64,000 nt of DNA from Nannocystis bainbridge. Lineage in GTDB: Bacteria; Myxococcota_A; Polyangia; Nannocystales; Nannocystaceae. The notes below the pieces were generated by a model that was not told the origin of the DNA, did not search any database, and was given only the letters and a program-made list of their open reading frames with translations. Below, piece after piece: positions 45,421 to 54,596 of this stretch; position 1 is the first letter of the stretch, and every line of letters starts with the position of its first letter. The translations under genes and the position numbers were made by a program. The stretch lies in NCBI RefSeq assembly GCF_028368995.1, contig NZ_JAQNDL010000001.1, forward strand, positions 2,048,001-2,112,000. Reading direction: 5' to 3'.

Positions 45421-45741
45421 GCGTCAGGCCGGCCGCCGTGCACATCGCCGCGGCGAGGATCTCGAGTTGCGAACCGTGCGGCTCGAGCAACTCCGACCCG
45501 GCACGCGAGGCCGGCGGCCGTGCAGTTCGTCGCGGCGAGCAGCTCGAGTTGCGAAGCGTGTGGCGAGGGCGGCACGGCCCTCGCCGCGGATCGTCCATGG
45601 CCTCAGGGACCGCGCGTACATCGGCGCAGCAGGCCGCCCGCGAAGATCTCGCAGCGAGTCGAGCTGCGAACCGTGCAGCTCGACCCGGCTCGCCCGTCAG
45701 GCCAGGAGGCCGTGCAGCTCTTCGCCGGCGAGGATCTCGAG
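45421..45741. repeat. Degenerate tandem copies of the 3' end of the TerB-like gene, each with an added ctcgagttgcgaaccgtg motif
   Basis: 45421 gcgtcaggccggccgccgtgcacatcgccgcggcgaggatctcgag and 45510 ggccggcggccgtgcagttcgtcgcggcgagcagctcgag resemble the gene end at 45694 ccgtcaggccaggaggccgtgcagctcttcgccggcgaggatctcgag. Confidence 0.65.
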
Positions 45742-46098
45742 CGTGAGGTCGGAGTATTTCTCCTCGTCGAGGCCGAGCGCCGCGGCCAGCGTGCGCAGAT
45801 AGATGTCCTCGGCGAGGTCGAGCTCCTCGTCGGCATCGTTGACGCTGGCGACCAGCTCGAGCAGCTTGCGCTTGTCCTCGGTGCTCAGGTCGTCGAGCGC
45901 GGAGGCGACCTGCTGCACATTGAAGGCCGCGGGGCTGAACGTGTTGATCATGCGGAGCAGCTCCTCGGGCACCTCGGCCCCGCCGAGCAACGTCGAGAGG
46001 AGCGAGCGGATCCGCGTGATCTCGGCGCCCGCGAGGCGCTTGTCGGCATACGCGGCGCCGAGCAGGAGCTGGGTGATCTTTTCGATGTGCTGCTTCAT
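45697..46098 (-). CDS. TerB-family protein
   Basis: AAYADKRL...EI..I; V..ADEELDLAE..YLR.LAAALGL. Confidence 0.85.
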   Translation of the reverse strand: MKQHIEKITQLLLGAAYADKRLAGAEITRIRSLLSTLLGGAEVPEELLRMINTFSPAAFNVQQVASALDDLSTEDKRKLLELVASVNDADEELDLAEDIYLRTLAAALGLDEEKYSDLTLEILAGEELHGLLA

Positions 46099-46281
46099 CG
46101 CGTCCTCTGCGCCCGGGCGAGCGCCCGCGGCCGGCCGAGGGTAACGCAAAGGGGTTGCGGCCGCACGAGCCGCCGGCGCCCGCGCGTGGGTTCGCTGAAC
46201 CTCGGCCGATGGGGCGTCCCTGCGTCCCTCGGCCGAGCTCGCTGCTTCCGCGGGGGTCGTCGCGCTCGCAGCCGCGCGAGC

Positions 46282-48339
46282 TCATGCGATCGTGCGGCTC
46301 GTGATTCGCCCCGTGACGTCGACGACCTCGAGCCACAGCGGGCGCCCCTCGGGGAACTCCGGCGACAGCGAAGTCATCGTCCCGTCGCGCTCGCGCTGCG
46401 TCGACCAGCGCGGCGCGAACACCTCCCCTTCGCATGCGTCGTCGATCGCCCACTCGACGAGCGCATCGAGCCCCGTCGGCGTCGCTCCGCCCGCATCGTC
46501 GGCGGCGGCGTAGTCGACGAGCCGGACCGCCCGCCCCGTCGTGGTCGTTTCGATCGCCAGCACCAGCCGGGCCGCTCGCACCGGCGCGACCGCCTCGCCA
46601 TCGGCGAAGGGCCGCGGGATCTCCCACAGCGACACCGCCTCTCCGGCGAGCTCGTGCGCCGGCGCATCGAAGTCCCACGCGATCAACTCGAGCGCGCTCG
46701 CCCCCGCGGCCCGGGCCGCTGCCAGCCAGGCCTCGATGTCGAACGCGGTCGGCCGCTGCTCGCCGACCGCGACCACCACGGCCGCCCCACCGCGACGGCC
46801 GTGGAGCGGTGCTGCGGCAGCTTCGCGCTCCGATACATGTCCATCGGGACATGTCCCGGTGAGACATCCGCCCGCGCGGGCGGCCTGTCTCTCGGGACAT
46901 CTGTCCTCCTCCATCTTTATCTCGCTGCAGATCGTACCGCGCGGTCCGGATGGCGCCTGTCCTTCGGGACATATCACCGGTCCATCTCTCTCTGCGGCCG
47001 GCGCCTCGGATCGGCTGACTCCGCTCCGCCCCGGGAGATGGCCTGCGGGACGCGCCTCCGCGCCTGCCTCCGGCGCCCCGGCCGCCCCGTCCATGACCTG
47101 TCCCTCGGGCCATGTCTTCGCCCCGTGCAGCGCCAGCAATCGCCCGCGCAGCTCCGCCTCGCCGACGCGTTCGATCAGCGCGCGCCGGGCGGCCGGCAGC
47201 GCGTCGTGCACCGCGAACGGCCCCGCTTCGCCGCGCCGACACTGCGCGCGCAGGCGCCGGCGGATCACCGCGAACGCCGGCTGCGAGCGGTCGATCACGA
47301 TCCACCGGCGGCCGTGGCGGGCTGCCACGGCTGCCGTCGTGCCCGAGCCGGCGAACGCGTCGAGGATCAGGTCGCCCGGGCGCGAGCACATCTGCACGAT
47401 CCGCTCGAGCAGCGCCTCTGGCTTCTGCGTGTCGTAGCCGACCCGCTCCGTGTGCGTGCCCTGCAGCGCGCGGATGTCCGTCCACACGTCTTGCAGCGGC
47501 ACCCCCTCTTGCTCGTCGAGGTACTGCTTCTGCCGCGGCACCGCGCCCGGGCGGCTCTGGTACACGCGGCCGCTGCGGTGCAGCGTCTCCATCGTCGCCT
47601 GGCCGTAGCGCCAGAACCGGCGCACCCCGAGGAACTCGTAGCTCGGGTTGCCCTTGGCCGCGCCGCCCGGGGCCGTGAGCGGGCTCGACATGAACCTTCG
47701 GCCGGTACCCGGCTCGACGTGCCGGTACCACTTGGCCACATAGTCCTTGTCGTACGGCGCGCGCTGGGTCGTCCACGTCCGCTCCGGACCCATCCCGTAC
47801 AGCAGCAGCACGTCGTGCACCCCACCCAGCCGGCGCGCCCCCTGGCCGGCGTCGTTGTGGGCCGAATAGCGCTTCCACGCGATCTGGTTGACGAAGTTGT
47901 CGGCCCCGAAAACCTCGTCCATCGCCACGCGCACGTGGTGGCACACCTGGATCCCGACGTGCACCACGATCGTCGCCGTCGGCTTCATCAGCGCCCGCAG
48001 CAGCGACAGCCGCGGGTACAGCATCGACAGATAGCCGGGGCCGCCCCACGAATCGCGGTAGGCCAGGACTTCGACCTCGCCCTTCCTTAAGTAGTGCGAC
48101 GCGCCGACGTCGAACGGCGGATCGATGTAGACCAGGTCGACCGCGGCGCCGAGCTCCTCGTGCAGCGCCGCCAGGGCCGGCGAGTTGTCGCCCCAGATCA
48201 GTCGATCGCACCAGCCGCTCGCCTCGCCGTCGCGCTCGCGCAGCGTCAGCGGCCCGGCCGCGACCGTCGCGGGGAGCTCGGCCTTGCCCGGCCAGGTCAG
48301 CTCCACTCGCCCTCCGGTCGGGCTGGTCCGCCTGGGCAT
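46282..48339 (-). CDS. Solo site-specific DNA methyltransferase (N4C/N6A, beta class, Mod-like) with a repeat-rich insertion
   Basis: LIWGDN, YIDPPF (motif IV) before LDAFAGSGTT (motif I), DVWTDI, YDTQKPEALLERI. No restriction gene adjacent. Confidence 0.9.
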   Translation of the reverse strand: MPRRTSPTGGRVELTWPGKAELPATVAAGPLTLRERDGEASGWCDRLIWGDNSPALAALHEELGAAVDLVYIDPPFDVGASHYLRKGEVEVLAYRDSWGGPGYLSMLYPRLSLLRALMKPTATIVVHVGIQVCHHVRVAMDEVFGADNFVNQIAWKRYSAHNDAGQGARRLGGVHDVLLLYGMGPERTWTTQRAPYDKDYVAKWYRHVEPGTGRRFMSSPLTAPGGAAKGNPSYEFLGVRRFWRYGQATMETLHRSGRVYQSRPGAVPRQKQYLDEQEGVPLQDVWTDIRALQGTHTERVGYDTQKPEALLERIVQMCSRPGDLILDAFAGSGTTAAVAARHGRRWIVIDRSQPAFAVIRRRLRAQCRRGEAGPFAVHDALPAARRALIERVGEAELRGRLLALHGAKTWPEGQVMDGAAGAPEAGAEARPAGHLPGRSGVSRSEAPAAERDGPVICPEGQAPSGPRGTICSEIKMEEDRCPERQAARAGGCLTGTCPDGHVSEREAAAAPLHGRRGGAAVVVAVGEQRPTAFDIEAWLAAARAAGASALELIAWDFDAPAHELAGEAVSLWEIPRPFADGEAVAPVRAARLVLAIETTTTGRAVRLVDYAAADDAGGATPTGLDALVEWAIDDACEGEVFAPRWSTQRERDGTMTSLSPEFPEGRPLWLEVVDVTGRITSRTIA
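46836..47116. repeat. Cluster of five or more 14-bp palindromic units in frame inside the methyltransferase
   Basis: 46838 tgtccatcgggaca, 46852 tgtcccggtgagaca, 46886 tgtctctcgggaca, 46958 tgtccttcgggaca, 47099 tgtccctcgggcca; read as TCPDGHV/RCPERQ/ICPEGQ/TWPEGQV. Confidence 0.9.
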
Positions 48340-48466
48340 CGCAGTGCATCGTACTCGACCTCAACCGGGCCCGGACGCCATACAGGCGGCCGATTCGGAC
48401 ACCTGGGGCGAAATCGCGCCACCTCTTGGCGGTCCTGGCGGGATCGCGCACACTGGCGATCGGGCC

Positions 48467-49042
48467 ATGTCGACCGCCGCTGCGCCTCGTTACTTCTGCG
48501 ACGCCGCCGAGCACTTCATCGGCACCGACGCGAGCGAGGCCGATCCTGTCTACGCCGGCTCGCGCGGGGCGCCCGGGCGCGTCGACGGCCCGCGGCGCAA
48601 GGCCCGGTTTCACGGCCCGCGGGCGCTGGCTGCCGGCGGCGCCTCGTTGCTGTTCGTCGCCGACACTGGCAACGGCGCGGTGCGCAGCGTCGACACCCGC
48701 GCCGGCGTGGTCAACACCGCGATCACGCTCGCCGACATCTGCGCGCTCGTCCATGTCCAGGAGTTCACGCCGAGCGGGCTCGCGTGCGACGGCGAGTGGC
48801 TCGTCATCGCCGACACCCGCAACCACGTGGTGTGGCGCTACGACCTGCGCAGCCATCGACTCGCGCTGCTCGCCGGCTGTCCCGGGGCGCAGGGCGACTG
48901 CGACGGTGTCGGCCAGCACGCTCGCTTCTGGTTGCCGATCGCCGTCGCGCTGGCGGACGACGGCCGCGGCTTCGTCGTCAGCGAGGCTCGCGGGCGGCGG
49001 CACGTCAGTCGCAGCGGCGACGTGCGAACTCTCGGTCGCTGA
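48467..49042 (+). CDS. NHL-repeat protein (short, possibly truncated)
   Basis: GRVDG...ARFHGPRAL, LFVADTGNGAVR, LVIADTRNHVV, GDCDG...ARF..P. Confidence 0.75.
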   Translation: MSTAAAPRYFCDAAEHFIGTDASEADPVYAGSRGAPGRVDGPRRKARFHGPRALAAGGASLLFVADTGNGAVRSVDTRAGVVNTAITLADICALVHVQEFTPSGLACDGEWLVIADTRNHVVWRYDLRSHRLALLAGCPGAQGDCDGVGQHARFWLPIAVALADDGRGFVVSEARGRRHVSRSGDVRTLGR

Positions 49043-49132
49043 GGCGCGCGCTTCGACGCCCCGGCGCGCGCGGGCCTGCGCACCCGCAGCCGCGGGTTTG
49101 ACACCTGCCGGCGCGGCGTGGAACACGGGGTC

Positions 49133-49948
49133 ATGCACGTGCATCGCTTCGGCCTCCTCCTCGCTGTCCTCACCGCCTGCGGCCCGGGGGGTCGCGCCGA
49201 CGCCACTGACACTGCTTCGACCACGCAGCCTGGCACCACCGCGCCGACCTCGAGCTCGAGCAGCAGCGGCGACGTCGCGCCGACCACCACCGGCGACCCG
49301 GGCACCACCGGCACGACCACCACCGGCACCAGCGACGAGCCCGTCACCATCACTGCCGTCACCGACACCACCGCCGTCGACACCTCGACCACCGGGCCGA
49401 TCGATCCGTCGACCACCACGCTCGCGCCCAAGCTCGACCTGCCGCCGGAGATGCCGATCCCGGCGAAGGACATCCCCGGCCTCAAGTCGATCACCTTCTA
49501 CGAATCGACCAGCGGCGTCATGGAGTTCACCTTCCTCGTCGACGGGCCCGAGCTGAGCACCCTGCTGCCCGACCCGCTCAGCAACGCCAACCGCGACATC
49601 GAGGGCACCAGCGTCGAGTTTTACGACGTCTATTACTCCGACGTGGACGGCGTGTTCGATCCGCTCGGCAGCTACCTGACGATCGCCGGCTCGTTCGGGG
49701 CCAAGCTGCCCGCGGGCGGCGGGTTGAACCTGGCCGAGATCTCGCTCAACTTCGAGAACAACGAGTCCGAGTTCGGCAGCTTCCTGGCCAGCTTCGTCGG
49801 GCTCGGCGACAACTACGTCGCGGGCTCCGAGGTCAACGCGATCGACAACGACCTCGCCACCCACACGACCATGGGCAACACCGTCGACACGCCGGGCCAG
49901 CGGCTGCGCGTCACGCTCGGCTTCAAGTCGTCGCTGATGCCGGGCTGA
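49133..49948 (+). CDS. Lipoprotein with Thr-rich stalk
   Basis: LAVLTAC lipobox; TTG/TST stalk; PKLDLP. Confidence 0.8.
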   Translation: MHVHRFGLLLAVLTACGPGGRADATDTASTTQPGTTAPTSSSSSSGDVAPTTTGDPGTTGTTTTGTSDEPVTITAVTDTTAVDTSTTGPIDPSTTTLAPKLDLPPEMPIPAKDIPGLKSITFYESTSGVMEFTFLVDGPELSTLLPDPLSNANRDIEGTSVEFYDVYYSDVDGVFDPLGSYLTIAGSFGAKLPAGGGLNLAEISLNFENNESEFGSFLASFVGLGDNYVAGSEVNAIDNDLATHTTMGNTVDTPGQRLRVTLGFKSSLMPG

Positions 49949-50126
49949 CGCCTGCCCGATCGGGCATGTCCCCATCGCCAGGTCCCGTGAGCTCCCTCGC
50001 GGCTCGCGGCGGGCGTCCGACACCTGACCGATCGAGCATGTCCCGATCGCCAGGTTCCGTGAGCTGCCTCGCAGGATCTGGGCATCGGCCGACACCTGAC
50101 CGATCGGGCATGTCCCGATCGCCATG
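49948..50126. repeat. 2.5 copies of a 72-bp unit built on paired 14-bp palindromes
   Basis: acctgaccgatcg(g/a)gcatgtccc(g/c)atcgcca(g/t)gt recurs at ~49950, ~50022 and ~50094 with variable linkers. Confidence 0.9.
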
Positions 50127-50142
50127 TGCCGGGTGCGCGGCT

Positions 50143-51411
50143 TCAGGTCGCCATGTCGGTGGTGTCGGCGGCGAAGTCGGTCAGCTCGACACCGGTGAGC
50201 CGCAGCGAGGTGCTGAGCACCGAGTAGATGAGGAAGGCCGCCAGGGTCGCGCGGCTCTTGACCCACGCCGGCTCGAAGCGCGGCGGAGCCAGCGCGCCGG
50301 AGCGGAAGAACGGGTCGAGCTCGATCGCGTCGCCGAGCGCCATGCGGCCCGAGAACAGGTGGTGCAGCAGCTCGGGCCGGCCGCTCTGGATCGCCTTGAG
50401 GAAGAACGTGTGCACGCCGAGCAGGCCGCGCAGGTAGACGATGTCCTTCGTGAACGCGACCTTGCCGGCGACGTCGCCGCCGCGGAACACCCGCGCCGCC
50501 GAGTGGTAGCTCTCGCCCGGGTCCTGGCCGGCCTCGTGGAAGAAGCGGAACAGGTCGATGAAGTCGCCGCCGGACAGCGCGAGGTCGACGGCCTTGACGC
50601 GCAGGGCCAGGCGGCGCAGGCGGGCCAGGTCGATCGCGTTGGTGATCATCTCGGCGAAGGTCGCCAGGCCCTCCTGCGTCGCGGTGGTCCGCGGCGCCCC
50701 GAGCCCCAGCGAGCGCACGTGCGGCTGTTCGCGGCCGTTGAGGGCCGTCAGCGAGTGGACGAACACCTCGTGCTCGACCAACTGGCTCACGTCGTAGGGG
50801 CTGAAGCAGGTCGCGCCGCGCAGGCGCACGCGGGTCGGGCCGGCCGCCGCCTTGGCGGCCATGTCGGGGTCGACGACGACCGCGATCGGCAGGTCGCCGA
50901 ACACCGGCGTGATGCGCTCGCGCAGCGCGTCGGCCGCCTGCTCGGGCGTGACGAAGAAGTCCTGTTCGGGGATGTAGCCCTCGCCGCGGAAGTCGTCGGT
51001 GAGCGCCAGGAACTGTTCGGCGGCCGACAGGTTGCTGACCTGCCCCGGGCCGACGGGGTCGCGCGGACCGCCGTACAGCTCGATCGAGCGGGCCGTGAAC
51101 TCCGGCGTGCCGGCCTGCTCGATCATCGCCGCCGCCAGCTTGTAGCTGCGCGCGGTGCGGTAGAGATAGCGGCCGACCGGGTGGTCTCGGTCGGCCTCGC
51201 CCATGATCGACGCCAGCGCGCGGATGTTGGAGTCGAAGCGCACGCGCGGCGCCTCGACCACGGGCAGCCGTGGGTCGCCGGCGTGCCAGCGCGCCAGGAA
51301 CTCGGCGCCGACCTGCGGCGGCCAGGCCAGCTGACTGAGCACCTTGATGTCCTTGGCGGCGTCGACCAGGCGGCCGTCGAGGTCTGCGAATTGTTCGAGC
51401 GCGGTATCCAC
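50143..51411 (-). CDS. QEGLA-motif protein (DUF1704, flavohemoglobin expression-modulating / carboxypeptidase-like)
   Basis: HEVFVH metal motif, TQEGLATFAE, RVFRGG, FTKDIVYLRG. Confidence 0.9.
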   Translation of the reverse strand: MDTALEQFADLDGRLVDAAKDIKVLSQLAWPPQVGAEFLARWHAGDPRLPVVEAPRVRFDSNIRALASIMGEADRDHPVGRYLYRTARSYKLAAAMIEQAGTPEFTARSIELYGGPRDPVGPGQVSNLSAAEQFLALTDDFRGEGYIPEQDFFVTPEQAADALRERITPVFGDLPIAVVVDPDMAAKAAAGPTRVRLRGATCFSPYDVSQLVEHEVFVHSLTALNGREQPHVRSLGLGAPRTTATQEGLATFAEMITNAIDLARLRRLALRVKAVDLALSGGDFIDLFRFFHEAGQDPGESYHSAARVFRGGDVAGKVAFTKDIVYLRGLLGVHTFFLKAIQSGRPELLHHLFSGRMALGDAIELDPFFRSGALAPPRFEPAWVKSRATLAAFLIYSVLSTSLRLTGVELTDFAADTTDMAT

Positions 51412-51646
51412 GGCCGTCCTCCGCGCTCGAGGGTCGCACGCGAGGGCCCGCTTCCCAAGCCCGCGGCTCGCGCCGATACCGCACCGGGGCCACGTCGAGC
51501 GCGGCGGACACGAGCGGCGCCGACCGTGCCTCGCGGAGCGGGCGCCACCCAGATGCGGACACGTGTCCTCGCCGAGCGCCCCTCAGCTCACGCCAGGCCC
51601 GTGGCCGTCGGCGCGGGCCTGCATTACTCTGCTGCTCGATCAATCC

Positions 51647-52165
51647 ATGGTTTTCAAAGTCGGCGGAGATATCGACGCTTATTGCACCAAGTGCCGCCTC
51701 GACACGATTCACGTGGTCGTCGCGCTCAAGGCGGACAACGCGGGACCGAAGCGGGTCGAGTGCAAGAGCTGCGGCGGGCAGCACATGTACCACGCGCCCA
51801 AGCTGCCCTCCCGGAGCGAAGCGCCGAGCCAGCCGGCGGTGGTGAACCGCAGCGCCGCTGCTCGTAATCCCGCGCCGCCCAAGCCGCCCAAGGCGCCCAA
51901 GGCCGCCAAGGCCGCGGCCAAGGCCGCGGCGCTCAGCCCCCCCGCCGGCGCCAGCACGCGCGACTGGCTGCGGCGCATGGAGGACCTCGCCCTCCAGGGC
52001 GGCACGCCGATCAAGGCCTACTCGATGCGCGAGACCTTCGCCGCCGGCGATCCGGTGTCGCACCCGAAGTTCGGCAAGGGCGTGGTGCTCGAGGTGCTCG
52101 AGGCCAAGAAGTGCGCCATCCTGTTCGAGGAGGGCCGCAAGGTCCTCGCCATGGGCAACGTCTGA
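51647..52165 (+). CDS. Conserved hypothetical protein (Zn ribbon + C-terminal HPKFG.G domain)
   Basis: DAYCTKC...VECKSC; Y..RETF..GD.VSHPKFGKGVV. Confidence 0.85.
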   Translation: MVFKVGGDIDAYCTKCRLDTIHVVVALKADNAGPKRVECKSCGGQHMYHAPKLPSRSEAPSQPAVVNRSAAARNPAPPKPPKAPKAAKAAAKAAALSPPAGASTRDWLRRMEDLALQGGTPIKAYSMRETFAAGDPVSHPKFGKGVVLEVLEAKKCAILFEEGRKVLAMGNV

Positions 52166-52178
52166 GCTCCGCGTGAGC

Positions 52179-52234
52179 TGCTCTTTCGGCCATGTCGTGA
52201 TCGACATGGCCGAAAGCACATGTCCCACAGGACA
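52179..52234. repeat. Four tandem 14-bp palindromic units between convergent genes
   Basis: tgctctttcggcca|tgtcgtgatcgaca|tggccgaaagcaca|tgtcccacaggaca. Confidence 0.9.
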
Positions 52235-52236
52235 GC

Positions 52237-53784
52237 TCATCCGACCTCCGGCAGCGCGCGCAGGTGCAGCGCCTGGGCCACGTCGATCTCGGTCGCGGGC
52301 GCGCGCGGGCAGCGGTCGTCGTCGGCCAGATCGGCGATCGTGCGGGCGACCCGGCGCAGGCGATGCTGCGCGCGCGGGCTCCAGCCGCGGTGCTCGGCGG
52401 TCGCCGCCAGCAGGCGCTCGCCCGCCGGCGTCAGCGCGCACAGCCGCTCCATCGACCCGGCCGCCGCCGGCACCTCGGCGTTGGTGCGCCACGGCGTGCC
52501 GCGCAGGCGCGCGAGCTGGCGGGCGCGGGCCGTCGTCACCCGCCGCCGCACCGCCGCGCTCGACTCGGGTGGGTCGGCCGAGCGCAGCTCCTCCGGCCGG
52601 GCCGGCAGCACCGCCACCGCGACGTCGATGCGGTCGAGCAGCGGCCCCGACACGCGGTGTTGGTAGCGCAGCACCGCCGCCGGATTGTCGACGCACGTGC
52701 GATCGGGGTGGCCCAGGAACCCGCACGGGCACGGGTTCATCGCCGCCAGCAGCTGGAACCGGGCCGGGAAGCCCACGCTCCCGCGCGCGCGCACGATCCG
52801 GACCACGCCCTCCTCGAGCGGCTCGCGCAGCGCCTCGAGGCAGCCGCGCGAGAACTCGGGCAGCTCGTCCAGGAACAGCACCCCGCGGTGGGCCAGGCTG
52901 ACCTCGCCGGGGCGGAGGAACGGCCCGCCGCCGAGCAGGCCCGCGACGCTGACCGTGTGATGCGGGGCTCGCAGCGGCACCTCGCGGACCAGCCCGTCGA
53001 GCGCGCGCAGGCCCGCGACCCCCTGGATCTTCGTCACCTCGAGCGCGGCCTCGTCGTCGAGCGGCGGATAGAGGCCGATGGCCCGCCGCGCCAGCATCGT
53101 CTTGCCGACGCCGGGCGGCCCGTGCAGCAGCACGTTGTGACCGCCGGCCGCCATCACCTCGATCGCGCGGCGGGCCAGCACCAGGCCGCGCACGTCGTCG
53201 AGGTCGTGGAGCTCGCGTCCCGCTCGCGGCGGCGGATCGTTGGCCGCGTGGGCGCCGATCTCTCGATCGCCGCGCAGGTGAGCGACGAGCTGCGGCAGGT
53301 CGCGGACCGGCAGCACCGCCAGCCCGCCGAGCACCGCCGCCTCGTCGGCGCTGGCCTCGGGCACAGCCAGCGCGGTGAACCCCATGCGCCGGGCGCAGTC
53401 GGCGATCACCAGCGTGCCGGCGGCCGGGCGCAGCGAGCCGTCGAGCGACAGCTCGCCCCACAGCATCAGCCCCTGCAGGCGCTCGGCCGGCACGACCTCG
53501 TGGCTCGCCAGCAGCGCGCACGCCACCGCGAGGTCGATGCCCGGGCTGTCCTTTCGTTCATCCGCGGGCGCCAGGTTGACGACCTGCTTGCGGGGGTGGA
53601 GCTTGTGCCCGCAATGACCGAGCGCGCTGCGGACCCGCTCGCGCGCCTCCATCAGCGCCCCGGTGGCGCGGCCGACCAGCGTCAGGCCCGGGAGGCCGAG
53701 GCCGACGTCGGCCTCGACGGTGACGACGAAGCCTTCGACGCCGAGGACGCTGGCAGAGTAGGAGCGGGTCAGCACAGGACACAC
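52237..53784 (-). CDS. comM: YifB/ComM-family Mg-chelatase-like AAA+ ATPase
   Basis: EARERVRSAL, VNLAPAD..K, GPPGVGKT, PGEVSLAHRGVLFLDELPEF, MNPCPCG, RVSGPLLDRID. Confidence 0.93.
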   Translation of the reverse strand: MCPVLTRSYSASVLGVEGFVVTVEADVGLGLPGLTLVGRATGALMEARERVRSALGHCGHKLHPRKQVVNLAPADERKDSPGIDLAVACALLASHEVVPAERLQGLMLWGELSLDGSLRPAAGTLVIADCARRMGFTALAVPEASADEAAVLGGLAVLPVRDLPQLVAHLRGDREIGAHAANDPPPRAGRELHDLDDVRGLVLARRAIEVMAAGGHNVLLHGPPGVGKTMLARRAIGLYPPLDDEAALEVTKIQGVAGLRALDGLVREVPLRAPHHTVSVAGLLGGGPFLRPGEVSLAHRGVLFLDELPEFSRGCLEALREPLEEGVVRIVRARGSVGFPARFQLLAAMNPCPCGFLGHPDRTCVDNPAAVLRYQHRVSGPLLDRIDVAVAVLPARPEELRSADPPESSAAVRRRVTTARARQLARLRGTPWRTNAEVPAAAGSMERLCALTPAGERLLAATAEHRGWSPRAQHRLRRVARTIADLADDDRCPRAPATEIDVAQALHLRALPEVG

Positions 53785-54146
53785 TCCTTACAATCGCCGT
53801 GCTCCGCCCCGCTCGAAGCAAATCAAGCACTTGGCGGCTCTTGACGCATCACCGCTGTCCCGCCCGCTGGCCGGCGTCCCGCCGGCCGGACATGTCCCAC
53901 CCCGGAGGGCCACCTGCGTCGACGCTCACCATGCGCGACCTGGGCCGCCAATGGCCGCAGAGACAGCGAACAACCTTCGTATGATGTTTGCCACCACCCA
54001 TTCAATGTTCCGTCGGCTCTCACGGCAGCATGAACGGCCCTTCGACAATCATTCGATACACCGTGCAGCGGCCCCGCAATAGTTGCTCTTGCCGGTCGAC
54101 GAGATGTTTGCCAAGATGCCCCCGCGTCGCAGCGGAAGGTTTGTTT

Positions 54147-54512
54147 ATGGGGAATACCGGCAACCAGATCAAAAAAGCGATGGAGATCGACGGCGCGATC
54201 GCGGCCGCGATTGTCGACAGCGAGAGCGGCATGACCCTCGCCAGCGCCGGCGGCGGCGCGGCCTTCGATATCGAGGTCGCCGCCGCGGCCAACACCAACG
54301 TCGTCCAGGCCAAACTCAAGGCCATGAGCTCGCTCCGGCTCGCCGACGAGCTGGAGGACATTCTCATCACCCTGGGCAAACAATACCACATCATCCGACC
54401 GCTACGCCGCACCCCAGCCGTCTTCTATTACCTCGCCTGCGAGCGCACCAAGACGAACCTGGCGATGGCCCGACGGTCGCTGGCGGAGATCGAGCAAGCG
54501 ACGGCGCTGTAG
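54147..54512 (+). CDS. Roadblock/LC7-like small protein
   Basis: IDGAIAAAIVD..SGMTL, AAANT.VV.AK, EDILITLGKQYHIIRP, NLAMAR. Confidence 0.85.
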   Translation: MGNTGNQIKKAMEIDGAIAAAIVDSESGMTLASAGGGAAFDIEVAAAANTNVVQAKLKAMSSLRLADELEDILITLGKQYHIIRPLRRTPAVFYYLACERTKTNLAMARRSLAEIEQATAL

Positions 54513-54596
54513 CGCCGCTCACCCGCGGACAACCATTGAACCGAGGCGTCGGCGCACGAATGTCGTGCGCCTTCGCTCTGGTACAGGAGGACTATC

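Noticed and set aside
46282-48339. Complete type III restriction-modification system
   Set aside because: No helicase or nuclease (Res) gene is adjacent; the neighbours are TerB-like and NHL genes.
49948-50126. Possible CRISPR array
   Set aside because: Only 2.5 units, imperfect repeats, linkers partly similar to each other, and no cas genes in the window.
45203-53521. 2772-aa minus-strand ORF, and other very long Arg/Ala/Gly-rich ORFs (e.g. 21296..24463, 59093..62191, 12589..14910)
   Set aside because: Shadow ORFs caused by stop-codon scarcity at high GC. They overlap genes with clear motifs in other frames and have no domain signatures.
53888-53897. GGACATGTCC equals the eukaryotic p53 half-site consensus RRRCWWGYYY
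   Set aside because: Most likely coincidence. Here the half-sites are spaced by 4 bp and no p53-like gene is visible.
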